A stretch of DNA of 55,817 bases, the filler included, from Scyliorhinus canicula (lineage: Eukaryota), in the NCBI RefSeq assembly GCF_902713615.1. It is 2 parts of 2 records of this genome, joined end to end, with 100 filler letters (N's around TTAATTAATTAA, not from the genome) between each part and the next. Parts side by side here need not be neighbours in the genome. Positions count along the whole stretch, not along the records: positions 29,137 to 55,817 come from NC_052162.1; 1 more part is not named here. One strand, written 5' to 3'. The notes under the pieces are model-generated. The model was not told the DNA's origin, did not search any database, and was given only the letters and a program-made list of their open reading frames with translations. A program made the position numbers and the translations under genes. This document shows positions 37,285 to 49,459 of the stretch, one piece after another. Numbering within the stretch: position 1 is the first letter of the stretch; the number at the start of each line of letters is the position of its first letter.

Positions 37285-38335
37285 TGTGTTGGGCAGGCTG
37301 GGTCGATGTGGACTGCACTTGATGCAGTTTAGCGAGAGACAGACTTCCAACACTTGATGAGATGCAACACGATTTTATTTAACATCTAAACTATTATACA
37401 TGTTCAACTGTGGGTTGACACTATGCTAACATGACTGGAGACCTGATGCTAGCCTGACCAGACTTACGAACTACCACATGGTGTTTGCACTGGCTAGCTC
37501 AAGCTCTGACTGTCTCAGAGGCTGGGTCCCGAGAGAGCTGGACAACTGGTGCCCTCTGGCTTTATAGTGGTTGTGTCCTGTCTGGTGATTGGCTGCTCTG
37601 TTCTGTGTGCTTACTGGTCATCCTGTGTGTCAATCACTGCCTGTCTGCACTCCATTATATACATAGATGTGTATTATGACATCTCCCCCCCCCTTTTTTA
37701 TATTATTTGTGTTCAGATAATAAATATTCAGGTGCATATGCGTGTGGATGTGTATATGTGCGTGACTATCTATTGAATGTGCTAAAATGAACTCGTATAC
37801 ATAGGAAGGTGTCGCTAGTGCAGATACAGGGCAGATGAAACGGTAAAAACGATACTTACTGAGGTCAAAACGATGAGGTAACAAAATTGTGCAAAAGTTC
37901 AGTTGATAAGTTTAGTCTTTGCGGCGGGTGATGAATTCTGGTTGACCGCCTCAAGGGTGGATCAGGGGCCGCCTGCACTTGGATAGGCAGGACTGCTGCC
38001 AATGCGGTGGTCGCAGAGGTCGGCAGGCTTGCTGGTAGATCGGTGGCCTTGTGGTCGGGCACGTCCGGATGAAGCATTGTGTGAGGCGGGACATCACGGT
38101 TGGGAGGCGGGCGTTGGGAGACTCTGCACGGCGCCCGTCTGTTGCGGCGTAGGAAGGAGCCGTCAGCCATGCGGACGAGGAACAATCTCGGGGCCACTTG
38201 CGTGACCACCACAGCTGTGGCGGACCAGCCGCCGTCAGGGAACTGTACACGAACACAATCAGGTGGGACCAGCTCGGGGAGATCCGTGGCATGAGCGTCG
38301 TATGCTGATTTCTGTTGGGCCCGAGACTGCTGCAT
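37285..38335 (-). mobile_element. Gypsy-type LTR retrotransposon 3' fragment: integrase C-terminus, PPT and 3' LTR (~37285-37681)
   Basis: QKSAYDAHATDLPEL..VRVQ..GGWSATAVVV..APRLFLV..DGS.LRRNRR; PPT AAAAAAG9AGA (37699-37682) immediately followed by TGTCA at 37681; LTR ends ...AACACA. Confidence 0.88.
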
Positions 38336-38690
38336 CTCATAGAATTTACAGTGCACAAGGAGGCCATTCAGCCCATCGAGTCTGCACCGGCTCTTGGAAA
38401 GAGCACCCTACCCAAGGTCCACACCTCCACCCTATCCCCATAACCTAGTAACCCCACCCAACACTAAAGGCAATTTTGGACATTAATGGGCAATTTATCA
38501 TGGCCAATCCACCTAACCTGCACATCTTTGGACTGTGGGAGGAAACTGGAGCACCCGGAGGAAACCCACGCACACACGGGGAGAATGTGCAGACTCCGCA
38601 CAGACAGTGTCTCAGCGGGGAATCGAACCTGGGACCCTGGCGCTGTGAAGCCACAGTGCTAGCCACTTGTGCTACCGTGTTGCCCAAACT
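38335..38690 (-). mobile_element. V-SINE, full length
   Basis: Reverse head at ~38620-38685, tail catagaatttacagtgcac at ~38337. Confidence 0.92.
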
Positions 38691-38715
38691 TAACCCTGTG
38701 TTTTGGCTGATTAAA

Positions 38716-38880
38716 GCGAGTGACACAGAGAGTCTCCAATAGAGGAATAAATAAAACCATGACTGATTACAGTGACACAGAGAGTCTCCAATAGAGGGAG
38801 ACAAAACCAAGACTGATTACAGCGAGTGACACAGAGTCTCCAGCAGAGGGATGAATAAAACCATGACTGATTACAGAGTG
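38716..38880. repeat. Three tandem ~52-bp units (gtgacacagagagtctcca..gagg..aaaacca.gactgattaca)
   Basis: Direct reading. Confidence 0.85.
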
Positions 38881-38904
38881 GTAAAGTGAGATACTTTATA
38901 AAGA

Positions 38905-39220
38905 ATCATAATTTAGAGTGCAGAACGAGGCCATTCAGCCCATCGAATCTACACCAGCCCTTGAAAGAGCACCCTACTTAAGCCCATCCTCCACCCTATC
39001 CCCACCTCACCTTTTTGGACACTAAGGGGCAAATTAGCATGGCTAATCCACCTAACTTGCACACCTTTGGACTGTGGGTGGTAACCGGAGCACCCGGAGG
39101 AAACCCAGACAGAAATGGGGAGAAAGTGCAAAGTCCACACAGACAGTCACCCAAGGCTGGAATTGAACCCGGGTCTCTGGAGCTGTGAGGCAGCAGTGCT
39201 AACGACTGTGCCACCGCGCA
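38905..39220 (-). mobile_element. V-SINE
   Basis: Reverse head gcagcagtgctaacgactgtgccacc and V-domain. Confidence 0.9.
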
Positions 39221-39224
39221 GTCC

Positions 39225-39550
39225 CTAACCTGGTGAAGCTACAGCACAGGGCTACTTCCCTACCAAGCAATGGAAGCAGCTTGGGATAGACAGAACTGAG
39301 AGATCCAACCACTAACAGGTCAGATCTAAGCTCCCCAGTCGCAAGTGATGGTGGAAAATTAAACAACTGGCTGGTCGAGGAGGCTTCACAAATATCCCGA
39401 TCCTCAATGATTGTGGGAGACCAGCAAATCAAACCAGGACAAAAGCCAAGTCTGAAGCATTTGCAAGCATCTTCAGCCAGAAGTGCCAAGTGAATGAGAC
39501 ATTTTGGCTTCCTCCTGAGGCCTCCAGCATCATCGATGTCAGTCTCGGCA
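39225..39550 (+). mobile_element. CR1/L2-like LINE ORF2 fragment
   Basis: ctaagctccccagtcgcaagtgatggtggaaaattaaacaactgg...aagtctgaagcatttgcaagcatcttcagccagaagtgccaagtg. Confidence 0.75.
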
Positions 39551-39565
39551 AACATGTGGGGGTGG

Positions 39566-39684
39566 CCACAATGGGAAACCCCATTGGCCAGCTGCCGAGA
39601 AGACGGAGAATCCCACTGCCAGTGCCCACAATGGGAAACCCCATTGGCCAGCTGCCGAGAAGACGGAGAATCCCACTGCCAGTG
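39566..39684. repeat. Perfect 59-bp tandem duplication (period 60) containing a Harbinger TIR-like GGAGAATCCC
   Basis: 39566-39624 is identical to 39626-39684. Confidence 0.95.
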
Positions 39685-39696
39685 GGTGGGGGGGAG

Positions 39697-39931
39697 GATG
39701 CTGCACCAAAAACGGGTGTGACAGGCTCAGATGCATCCAAAAGAGGGAAATACACACCCCTTTAAACCTGGAGATCAAGTGTATGTGAAAGCAGTAAACA
39801 AAGATTATTTTTCTCCTCGGTGGAATGGACCCTTCCAAGTGCTGCTAACAACCCGAACAGCCATGAAAGTAAAAGAAAAGCCAGATTGGATCCAGGCATC
39901 TCGGTGTGAACTACATCATACTGAACTTTGA
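39697..39931 (+). pseudogene. pol: ERV pol 3' end (integrase GPY/F region)
   Basis: HPFKPGDQVYVK..FSPRWNGPFQVLLTTRTAMKVKEKPDWIQASRC matches the gamma/epsilon-retroviral integrase C-terminus pattern. Confidence 0.9.
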
Positions 39932-39961
39932 GAGTACTAGTGAAACGCTGACCTGAAGAGA

Positions 39962-41205
39962 ATGACGACATTGATGTTTTTATATATTATCATTTTAATC
40001 CAACATCATGTCGAGTGTAAACTGAACACTAACACCTTAATATACATGTCCCACTCATACGCAGAGAGGGTAAATAAATCCAGTTGTTGGGTTTGTACAC
40101 AAATTCCCAGATGCTCGGGGGAGGGCTTCCCTGTGCGATCCATCCCATTCACCAGTAACGAGATAGCAAAATGGGTCCTGCGACGGAATAATCCAGGCCA
40201 TGGGGAAGATACACAGGGAATGTTAGATTGGAGATCAGCTGGATACGATATGAATAGGTTTAAAGGATGGTGGTGGCCTAGATTTAATGTGACATGCCAG
40301 CCGCCCTGTTTGATCCTTCCCAATTATACTGGAGTCCCAAAGGGTAGTATAAGCTTTAGGAAACATAAAACATATGGGATCTACCCAGTAGGCATGAGTC
40401 AGTGCGACCTGACCTTGAGTTGGCAACCCCCTATGCTCCGCCTTACAGTTAAAGGACTATTCATCTTTGACTGGTCAGCAGTTGAAAATCAAACTAGTGG
40501 AGGCCCCTGGGGAGGGGATCCGATTAGACTAATGATGACTGATAGTAAAGGAAACCTGACCGCATATAACGGCAATTATTTTATCTGTGGACATAAGGCG
40601 TATCCGTGGTTACCAGAAAATTGGGAAGGCTCCTGCTATTTGGGATGTGTAGTCCCTTATGTACATCACGTCCAGCAACTGCAGGACCATCCCCATCACA
40701 GGACAACACAAAGTGTTATGACATGAGCACAAATGCTGGGAATAATGATACCACCATTAGGAATAGCCACTAATGCATACCAACTACGTGAATTATGAGA
40801 CATCCTTGAGCAGGTAGCTAATGACACTGCAGAAGCTGTTAACCAGATAGAAACTGAGATGGTTGTTCGAAGAGCAGTTGCCCTGCAGATTAGGATGGCC
40901 CTTGATTTCTTGTTAGCTGAAAAGGGAGGTACTTGTGCCCTGATTGGCAGTGACTGCTGCACATTCATCCCTGATAACTCAGGGAAAATTGATAACCTGG
41001 TGGATCTCATTCGTAGAGATGTGACAATGTTACATGAAGATGGGGGTTGGGACTTTGGCTTTGGGTGGTTGGGATCGTTAGGACAGAGGATTGTGTTTTG
41101 GATTATAATCACCGTTGTGATCCTGATTGTCGCATGGTTACTGTTTAAATGTTGCTCAGGATGTTGTCAGGGCGTGGGAGCGAGTATGTCAGCATTGCCT
41201 CCGTG
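39962..41205 (+). pseudogene. env: Endogenous retrovirus envelope (gamma-type SU-TM), two in-frame TGA stops, tail truncated
   Basis: Signal peptide, CWVC (CXXC), YFICGHKAYPWLPENWEGSCYLG, ISD LQIRMALDFLLAEKGGTC, CX6CC (CALIGSDCC), TM IVFWIIITVVILIVAWLLF. Single frame, TGA at 40724 and 40796. Confidence 0.95.
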
Positions 41206-41679
41206 GTCCCAGCAACTTAACAATCAGGGAGCAACCGATCGGCGGGGGGGGGGGGAAAGCCTATATTCCTCCTCGCCGTGCCCCTGTAGAGCTCCGCCAT
41301 GTTGCCCGGGGCTGGCCCGGAGAAGGCAACCCACGCACATGCGTGGACCCGCGCCGGCTGTGGCGCACATGTGAGGACCCGCACTGGCCGTGGAGTGCAT
41401 GCGCGGACCCGCACTGGCCGTGGCGCACATGTGAAGACCCACGCTGGCAGTTGTGCGCATGCGCAGACCCGCACTGACCGTGGAGTGCATGCGCGGACCC
41501 GTGCCACCCATGCTGGCGCCCGTATCGGCAGCTGGAGCTGCGTGAAGGGATCCAGTGTAGTGCTGGCCCCCTGTGGGTTGGGGGATCGCTGCTCCTGGCC
41601 ACCGGATGACACCATCGTAAAACGCTTCGGCGTTTACAACATCGTCAACACTCTGCCGCTAAAATGGAGAATCCCGCCC
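41205..41679. mobile_element. PIF/Harbinger-type MITE, left end missing, internal ~36-bp repeats
   Basis: Right TIR GGAGAATCCCGCCC at 41666-41679; gcatgcgcggacccgcactggccgtgg repeats. Confidence 0.8.
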
Positions 41680-42198
41680 AGATTCTTTTCACTCAAAGGG
41701 TTGTAAATCTTTTCAATTCTCTGCCACAGAGACCTGTGGATTCTCCGTCATTCAGCTGATTCAAGACAAGAGATTGATCCGTTTTTGGGTGTGATTGGAA
41801 TTAGGAGACACGGGGATTATGTGAGATGGCAGAGTTGAGGTCGAAGATCAAACATGTTCTTATTTAATGGTGAAGCAAACTGAAAGGATGAATGGCCATT
41901 TCCTGCTGCTGGTTCTGATGTCATCCTGTTCTCTCTTTCTCTCCCTCTTTCCATCCCTCATCCCACTCCATCCTGCACACAGACTGACTGCACTGTGTAC
42001 AAACAGACTACCTCTGTCCATGATCCCAGCTCTCTCCCATCTGCGTTCGCTCTTTCCCTCTCCTTCTCCCTCACTCTCACCCTTTCCTCCCCCTCCTTCC
42101 TGTCTCCCGATCACACCTTCTCTCCTTCCTCTCTTTCCCTCTCATTCTCCTCCCACTTCTGTTCCCATGCCTCCCCTTCCCCCCCACACACTGCAGAG

Positions 42199-42339
42199 AG
42201 ACAGAAGCTGGAACTCACAGGCTGCCTATACTTTGTGCAGACAGACTGCTTCACTCATTTCAGCCGATTGCCCAGGCAAGCAGCACAAAACAGGAAGCAG
42301 AGGACCAGGCTGTTTCTCATCAGCGATGGAGTGTGGAAG
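42199..42339 (+). other. Exon-like segment, copy 1 (141 bp) of a tandem-duplicated unit; gene unknown
   Basis: Pyrimidine tract ~41930-42190, AG at 42197-42198, ATG at 42326, donor GGAAG|GTAACC; indel-free alignment with 53065-53205. Confidence 0.6.
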
Positions 42340-43274
42340 GTAACCATTCATTCCTCTCACTTGCTGAATTCGGAGATGGGTGAAGGATGGGATGGGGAGT
42401 TGTGGTGGGTGGGGGGGGGGGGGGGGTGGCTTTTGTCGCTCGGTAAGAGATTCTGTTGCCTGGGAATCAATGTTGTAGCTGCTAGTCAGACACACACTCT
42501 GCTGTGATAGATGGAAAGAGTATTATAGAGAGGGAGAAAGAGTAAGGAGGAGGGAAAAGAGGGGAGGACTGTGTTCTTGGAGTGGGAGAGAAAGGCAGGA
42601 ATTTGAGGAAAGGAGCGTTTATGGATTGGGAGAGAGAGAGAAGACAAAAAGAGTTAGAAAGTGGGAAAGCAAGAGAGGAGGAATTAGTGGGTGACTTATT
42701 ATCAAGTGGGAGATGGAATGAGAGAGGAATTAGGGAGAAGAGTGAGTATCGAGAGAGAGGGAACACAAAAGGAAGTTGATTGAATTAAGAGGTGATAGAT
42801 TTGAAGAGAAATCGAGAGGCAAAACTATTCTCTTGAAATGTGTTCCCCACTGGATTGTGTTGGAATTGATCCAGAGTGTGTGTCTGACAGGCACAGGTGT
42901 TGGAATTGATCCATCAAACAATTGTATCATGATTAATTTATCACTTGAGAATTATATTATTGATCATTCAACACTATTGGGTATTGAAATGTATTGAGGT
43001 AAATTCCACTGAGATGTGGTCCTTATTTCCATCACTGCAGGGAAGTGGGAATTCCCCCAGTATTTGGTCTGGGATACATTGCCCACGTATTGTGACCGAG
43101 GGTGTAATTCTCCAGGAAGAGATGGGCAACACCCCATAAACGGGCCTGTGGTATCTTCCCCATTTGTGGTCCTGGGCTGGATTCCTCCAACAAAGGTGGA
43201 AGTCGAAATTTCCTCATGCGACTATAAATCTCTGTTCCTGGGATGTCTACCCCAATGACTGTTGTTTTGTCTTA

Positions 43275-43470
43275 TCATAGATTATCATAGAATTTACAGT
43301 GCAGAAGAAGGCCATTCGGCCCATCGAGTCTGCACCGGCTCCTGGAACGAGCACCCTACCCAAGGTCAACGCTTCCACCCTATCCCCATAACCCAGTAAC
43401 CCCATCCAACACTAAGGGCAATTTTGAACACTGAGGGAAATTTATCATGGCCAATTCACCGAACTTAAAT
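43275..43470 (-). mobile_element. V-SINE 3' half
   Basis: catagaatttacagtgcagaagaaggccattcggcccatcgagtctgcaccgg tail. Confidence 0.88.
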
Positions 43471-43690
43471 GGCCGTAGGAATCCCCCAGTTACTGGCCCA
43501 ACATTGTGTTTCCCCGATATCAAAGCTTGGTTTGCATTTACCCACGATCTGTTCCACGGTGTATTCCCAAATACCTTGACCGAGGTGGGGGGGCTATTTC
43601 CCCAAAATCCCCTCCTGGCACATTCCCCAGTTCTGGCACTGACTGTAGCATTCGTTCCCTGATGGGACTGGAAATCTCTTCAAACATCTG

Positions 43691-44134
43691 GGCCGGGATT
43701 CTCCGACCTGGCGCCGGGTCGGAGAATCCCCGGGGGCACGCGTGAATCGCACCCCGATGCCGGCATCCCCATTCTCCGGCGGCAATTCTCGGGCGCCAGC
43801 CAGAGTGGCTGACGGGTTTGGCCGAGTTTCACTAGCGTGGGTTGCTCAGGTTCCACACGGCGGGACCTGGAACGTGAGTCTGCGGGGGCCGTCCTGGCAC
43901 GGGGGAGGGGGGGGAAGTCAACCGTGGGGGAGGGGGGGGAAGGCCACGGTGGCCTGGTCTGCGAGATCGGGGCCATTCCGCGCAGGCTGGAGCTGCGGGC
44001 ACCACTCCAGCGCCAACCGAGCCCCTTAGGAAGGGGAGCATTACCCATTATCAGGGACCATTGACGCCAGAGCGGTTGGAGCCGCTTTTCACTCCGGCGT
44101 GGGGATATAGCCCCATTATTGGAGAATCCTGTCC
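43691..44134. mobile_element. PIF/Harbinger MITE with 14-bp TIRs and CTG TSD
   Basis: GGCCGGGATTCTCC...GGAGAATCCTGTCC; CTG at 43688-43690 and 44135-44137. Confidence 0.9.
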
Positions 44135-44529
44135 CTGATCCTGTGAATATTGCCTCAATATCTGGTTCAAGGGGGTATTCTCCCAGAGACTGTACTGGGG
44201 TAAGGATGATTGGGATAGTTTCTTTTCTTCGATGTGGCCAGGAATAACACACAATCGCCAATCCAGAAGTGTGTTCCCCCAGTATTGGGTCTGGGTGAAT
44301 ATGGGTTTGCTGGGACCATTCTCTCTTGTACAGGAGTGGGAATATCCCCCAATATCTGCTCATGGGTTTCACCGCCTGTATTCGTACCTTGGGTATAATC
44401 TCCCAATATTTGGTCCTGGGGCACATTCCCCCATTGACTCCACTGTGAGATACCCACACACATGGGACTGGGAACCTTACACAATCGCTGGTGCTGGGTT
44501 TGTTCTCCATTTGATCAGCATCCTTCATC

Positions 44530-44900
44530 CCACATTAAACATTCACTCCCTCCGCCACTGACACACAATGCTGCAGTCTGAACCATTTACAAAATGTGTT
44601 GAAGCAACTCAGCAACTCTCCTTCGACAGCACTTTCCAAACCCGAGATCTCTGCTACCTGGAGGAACAAAGGTGGCAGACGCAGGGGAGGACCACCATAT
44701 TAAAATCAGAGATCCGGGGAAAGGGGTGGGGCTGGGGCCTGGGTGGTGGTGACAACATTTGAGGCTGTGTCTCCAATGTGCACGGGGCTCACACCCTCCG
44801 CTTGATGTGTCTCCTCCTTCCCGACTTTTCAAAGAATCCCTTTCAAAAGCAGCCTTCACACTCTGGGCCTCCTGGCACTGTCTAGTGTTTTTTAACAGTG
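44530..44900 (+). mobile_element. CR1/L2-like LINE 3' fragment
   Basis: ttaaacattcactccctcc..cact..cacacaatg..gcag, shared with 54600-54780. Confidence 0.75.
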
Positions 44901-45408
44901 GAAGTGGACTGAGGCTCTTAATTGACAATCAATTGAGCTTTTAAGGGCCTCAATATGCCTGAAGGTGGATGGCCCAGTCGGTGACGTACCCGCCCCCCGT
45001 TTCTGGTCAGCAGGTAGGGGTGGATGGGGGGGGCTGTAAAATCCAGACCAAAATGTCCTCTGGGTGGGGGGAGTTCAGTGTCCAAGAGTAACTTGGAGCA
45101 CCACCACTGACTGAGCGGCATTCTTGTGTTTATGCTGAGTGAATGACAACAAACTTCAGCAACTTGTTTCCCGTATCAGCTCCCCCCAGATATCCGGATG
45201 TTATATCCCGCACAAGTCTCACTGGGGGGAATGATTAACTTCCCTGTGAACCTTGCAGAATACGAGTTCCCCCGATAGGGAGGGTGCGGGTGGCCTCGAA
45301 CAATGTCTGGCTCTGGATAAATAGATATTTAAAAAGTATAAAATTATTAAAATATTATAAAGTAGTTATAAATGTATAAAAATCATTTTAATCAGCTTCA
45401 GAGACGTG

Positions 45409-46034
45409 GGGCTGGATTCTCCTCATCCCGACACAGACACCGTTCGGCGACGGGACGGAGAATCCGTTTTCCCGCCGGTTCCGGTATTCTCAGCCCCACT
45501 GAAAAGAGGAGCACTCATGGAGTTCGCTACTTTTCAGTGGGGCGGAGAATAGTCCCGCTATTCTCTGTCCCTGACCGGCCAAATTCCCGACGGTGAGGTT
45601 CTAATCTGGCCCTGCCATTCGGAATCACGCGAGGCAGCTGCGGACTCAGTCCGGGGCCGCCACAGTTGGGGGAGGGCCGATCGGAGGGCGGGGGGAGGGG
45701 GGGGGGGAGTTCATTCGGGACTGGGGTCTATGTGTGCGGACAATCCGGCTTGGGCGAGCGGCTGATGACGGCACTACTTTGGTGGTCCAGGCTGAGTCCG
45801 CCATGGAGCACGGTGTGGCCGCTGGAGGCCGCCGCCATGCGTACGTGCAGCCTCTGACCCGGAAGTGCGGGGGGCCGTATCGGCAGCTGGAGCTGCGAGC
45901 TCCATGCCAGCTGCCTGCTAGCCTCCTGCAAGATGGTGAATCTGTGGCCTTTTGATGCCAGTTTTCCTGGCGTAAAACACCACAGTTTTCACGATGGCGT
46001 GGGGACATAGTCCCCAAAACGGAGAATCCAGCCC
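45409..46034. mobile_element. PIF/Harbinger MITE with perfect 14-bp TIRs and GTG TSD
   Basis: GGGCTGGATTCTCC (45409) and GGAGAATCCAGCCC (46021-46034); GTG at 45406-45408 and 46035-46037. Confidence 0.93.
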
Positions 46035-46165
46035 GTGTAGTATGTTAGAAAGTAATCAAGGAGCCATTTATCATAAGGATAATGTCCTTATCCATTGGTC
46101 CACAAGAGAGGAGCGTCCCACCGTGGCAGGTCTCAAAATTAGAATTTAATCAATCAAAACATCTG

Positions 46166-49153
46166 GGGTGGGATTCTCCGTTGGCTGACGCTGGAACTGG
46201 GAAACGTGATTGGGCGAAGAATCGGATTTGACGCCAAAATCGTGGCAAGCACCGGTTTCACGCCAAATCACAATTCTGTGCCTCGACAGCGGCGTCACTG
46301 CATTCCACTCTGCATGTACAGTAAACGCCGTTGGCATATCATTAGCGGTCCTAACCCGGAATTGTCCGAGGTCTCCGTGATTCCCCACCTCCACTGGGGG
46401 GAATTCCCGACGGCGAGGTTCTCTTGTGGTTTTAAAAATCGTCAGACAGGTGCTGTGGCTGATGAGGAAGAGAGAGGAGCTGGGACCCAGAGAGGGCAGA
46501 CCGTGGGCAGCCGGGCCGGACACTGGCCACACTGGCTATGGTGGGAGGGGGGCCCTGCCAGGGCCAGGGGGAGGGGGGGGGATGTGACGGGGGAATTGGC
46601 CGTGTGGACAGGTGACCCCCGCCATTGCCTCGACCTGCAAGGCAGCCACCTTGCTGCACATTCCACTGAGCACACACATTGGCTCCTGGCTCTGCAGAGT
46701 GACATCGACTGTATAGGTGCCCCCACACCCCCCAGTCCTGCACCGCACCCTCACCATGCCCCCCCCACTGTTACGCGATCCGCTGTTGAGGCCTCAGGCG
46801 GTCCATCTGCTGTTGAGGCATCAGGCTAAAGGCACATTGCCCACTGTAGCCCCTCTGGGGCTCTGAGCGGGGGCTGCGGAGCCTATCATTGGCACGAGCA
46901 GTGCCAGCCGATGGTACCCCTGGGGGTAGAGCCCGCAGCACCAACCGGGGCCACCATGTAGCCCGGTGGACCTGGTTCTGACGGGGGTACGCACCAAGCT
47001 ATCATGTCAGCCTTTCATTGCAGACAATGGATATTGGATTTGAACCAGTAATGGTTGCCTTCCTGCTAATCGCTGCAGCCCTGGGGGATGCACTGTGGCC
47101 ATACGAGCTGGAGCTGCTCGAGGTGGAGGAAGCTGCAGCAGCGGAGCGTGTAGCAGTGGAGCCTGCCCCGGAGGAATAGGAGGCAGCCGCCCGGGATGGA
47201 GATCCAGCCGCCCAACAAGCCGAGGAGGATGAAGATCAAAGGCGGCCTCGGACAAGGCCTCGCAGGTACCGGCAGCGCCTGTCATTCGAGGACCTGCCAG
47301 ACCGGGCATGCCATTGAATACTCCGGCTGAGCAGGGAAACAGTGCGACATATCTGCCAGATCATGGCACACCTGGCACCACGGGGGGTATGGGGGAGGAC
47401 ACCTGCTCCCGGCTACAACAACGCCCATGCGGCGACCAGGAGCGTGATCGGCCTCCTGAAGATGCAGTTCAGGTGCCTGGACCGCTCTGGAGGGGTCCTG
47501 CAGTATGATGCTGAGAGGGTCGCCCGAGTCATGGCGGACTGCTGAATCCTCCACAACATCGCGCAGCAGAGGGGCGACGTGCTGGAGGAGGAGCATGAAT
47601 GCCAGACCTCGTCCGATGAGAATGATAGGGAGGGTGGGCAGGACATGGAGTGCTGGCCGGCACGGGATGGCCAACACGCAAGGGACACCTCCACGGTGGG
47701 GAGGGAGGGAACAGACCAGGGGCACAGCCACAGCATCCCCGCCACCCCCTCCCCCCCACCTGCACCCCCTCCATGATACGTACCTGCCGCACTACAGGCT
47801 GCGGGCCCGAGGTTGGCAGTAACATCGGGTCTGGTCCATGGGATGGACGATGATGACAACCCGTTCTGCGATGAACTCTGGTTCCCCGCATCGTATGACA
47901 ACATCTGACTCCTGCCCTCGGCAGCACTTGCCACCATCTACCTGGGTGGTCCCTGCATGTCAGCTGGCCATTCCATCACATGGTCCCATCGAATCCCAGG
48001 GGTGACCGTGGTGGTCCACCCTCATGGCCGGGGGGGTGTGGAGGGAGGGTGGGTGGCCTCGGCCACAACATCCACCCATTCCCCCCCACCACACCCGCTC
48101 TGTGGCCAGCCCAGACCAGCCCACCCCTCACACCCACCGGACAGAGCACCATGGCAGGTTGTAATGGTGTGAACAGGTGTTTGATGTGACAACATATATA
48201 CAGAGCCGCGTCCTTGCCTATGGCACTAAACGCGCCAACTTAACTGGTGTCTAACGTTCTGGCCTTACGGGCCCTAACGCAATGTCTAGATGGTACATCA
48301 GGAGAAGAGACGGCCTGCTGTGATTCCCGTCCTGCTACCTGGGTCCTTGTTGGCGGGTGTCGTCTGGGGTTCTGCCCATCAGATGGGCCAGGAACAGGAG
48401 GGGTGGGGGGGGGGGGGTGGAGTTGAGGTGCTGCGGTGTTCTGGCACCTCTCCTGCAGGTGTCTCCAGCACAGGCCCATCACCTCCTCCTCCCTCGGGAT
48501 GTCCGGTGGCCCCTGGGCTACTCCATGGGATGGGGGTGCGAGCAGAGATATCCCCTGAGGCTCCCCCAACACCTTGCGCTGAAGGCCCCCTCTGAATCGA
48601 CCAGGACCTGCACGCTCGCGGCCATGGAGCACAGGGAGCGGACCATCGCTGTCTGGGACTGCGCCACATCACACTGTGACCGTGCCACCACCTTCTGGGT
48701 CTGTGTCACATCAGCTAGTGACTGCTCCATCTCCCTCTGGGACTGGGCCACCTTCCCATGTGTCTTCACCATGTCGGCCAGAGCCTGAGCAATGCCACTG
48801 ACGTTCTCAGCCATGGCCCGCTGTGACTGGGCCACACTCATAAGCGATGCTGCTCTTTCCAGGGAGCTCTCGAACATGGCTGCCTGTGAGATGGCAAACA
48901 TGCCCAGGGCCTCGGCCAACCCCTGCACAGAATGTCCCAGGCCTTGACATGCTGATCCATGGCCAAAGCCCACGTCCTCAATGCCTCCACTGCGGACGCT
49001 ACCCGTGCGGTGATGGCCTGGGTGGCACACATGGTCAGCACCACCTCCTGGTCCTGAACACGGTCGGATTCCTCCAACTGCATCGGCAGGTGCTGGATGC
49101 TCACCAACAACCCCTCATGTGGTCCCTGGCTCTGTGACTGCATCTCCCCAGTC
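46166..49153. mobile_element. PIF/Harbinger transposon copy: left TIR, deleted transposase (+), second-ORF (Myb/SANT-type) remnant (-)
   Basis: CTG|GGGTGGGATTCTCC at 46166; transposase ATG at 47027 and C-terminal YNNAHAATRSVIGLLKMQFRCLDRSGGVLQY; minus-strand coiled-coil-like VAQSQRAMAE..VAQSQREM repeats. The Myb assignment comes from Harbinger architecture; no Myb domain was read. Confidence 0.85.
47027..47700 (+). pseudogene. HARBI1-like DDE transposase remnant, catalytic core deleted at ~47400
   Basis: N-terminal MDIGFEPVMVAFLLIAAALGDAL is joined almost directly to the C-terminal YN.AH..TR..I.LLKM.FRCLDRSGG.LQY block. Confidence 0.85.
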
Positions 49154-49340
49154 AATGAAATGAAATGAAAATGAAAATGGCTTATTGTCACGAGTAGGCT
49201 TCAATGAAGTTACTGTGAAAAGCCCCTAGTCACCACATTCTGGCGCCTGTTCGGAGAGGCTATTACGGGAATCGAACCGTGCTGCTGGCCTGCCTTGGTC
49301 TGCTTTCAAAGCCAGCGATTTAGCCCAGCGTGCTAAACAG
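49154..49340 (-). mobile_element. Second tRNA-SINE family copy
   Basis: Reverse complement of 36960-37145. Confidence 0.88.
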
Positions 49341-49459
49341 TCCGTTCCAGAAACCCAGTGCAGACGAAGGCATTCGGCCCATCGCGTTTGCACCGATCCT
49401 CTGAAAGAGCACCCAACACAGGCCCACTCTCACGCCCCATCCCCACAACCCTGCCTAAC

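Noticed and set aside
40859-41374. ORF 40859-41374 as an independent 171-aa gene
   Set aside because: It is the env TM subunit downstream of a stop, running into MITE sequence after ~41205.
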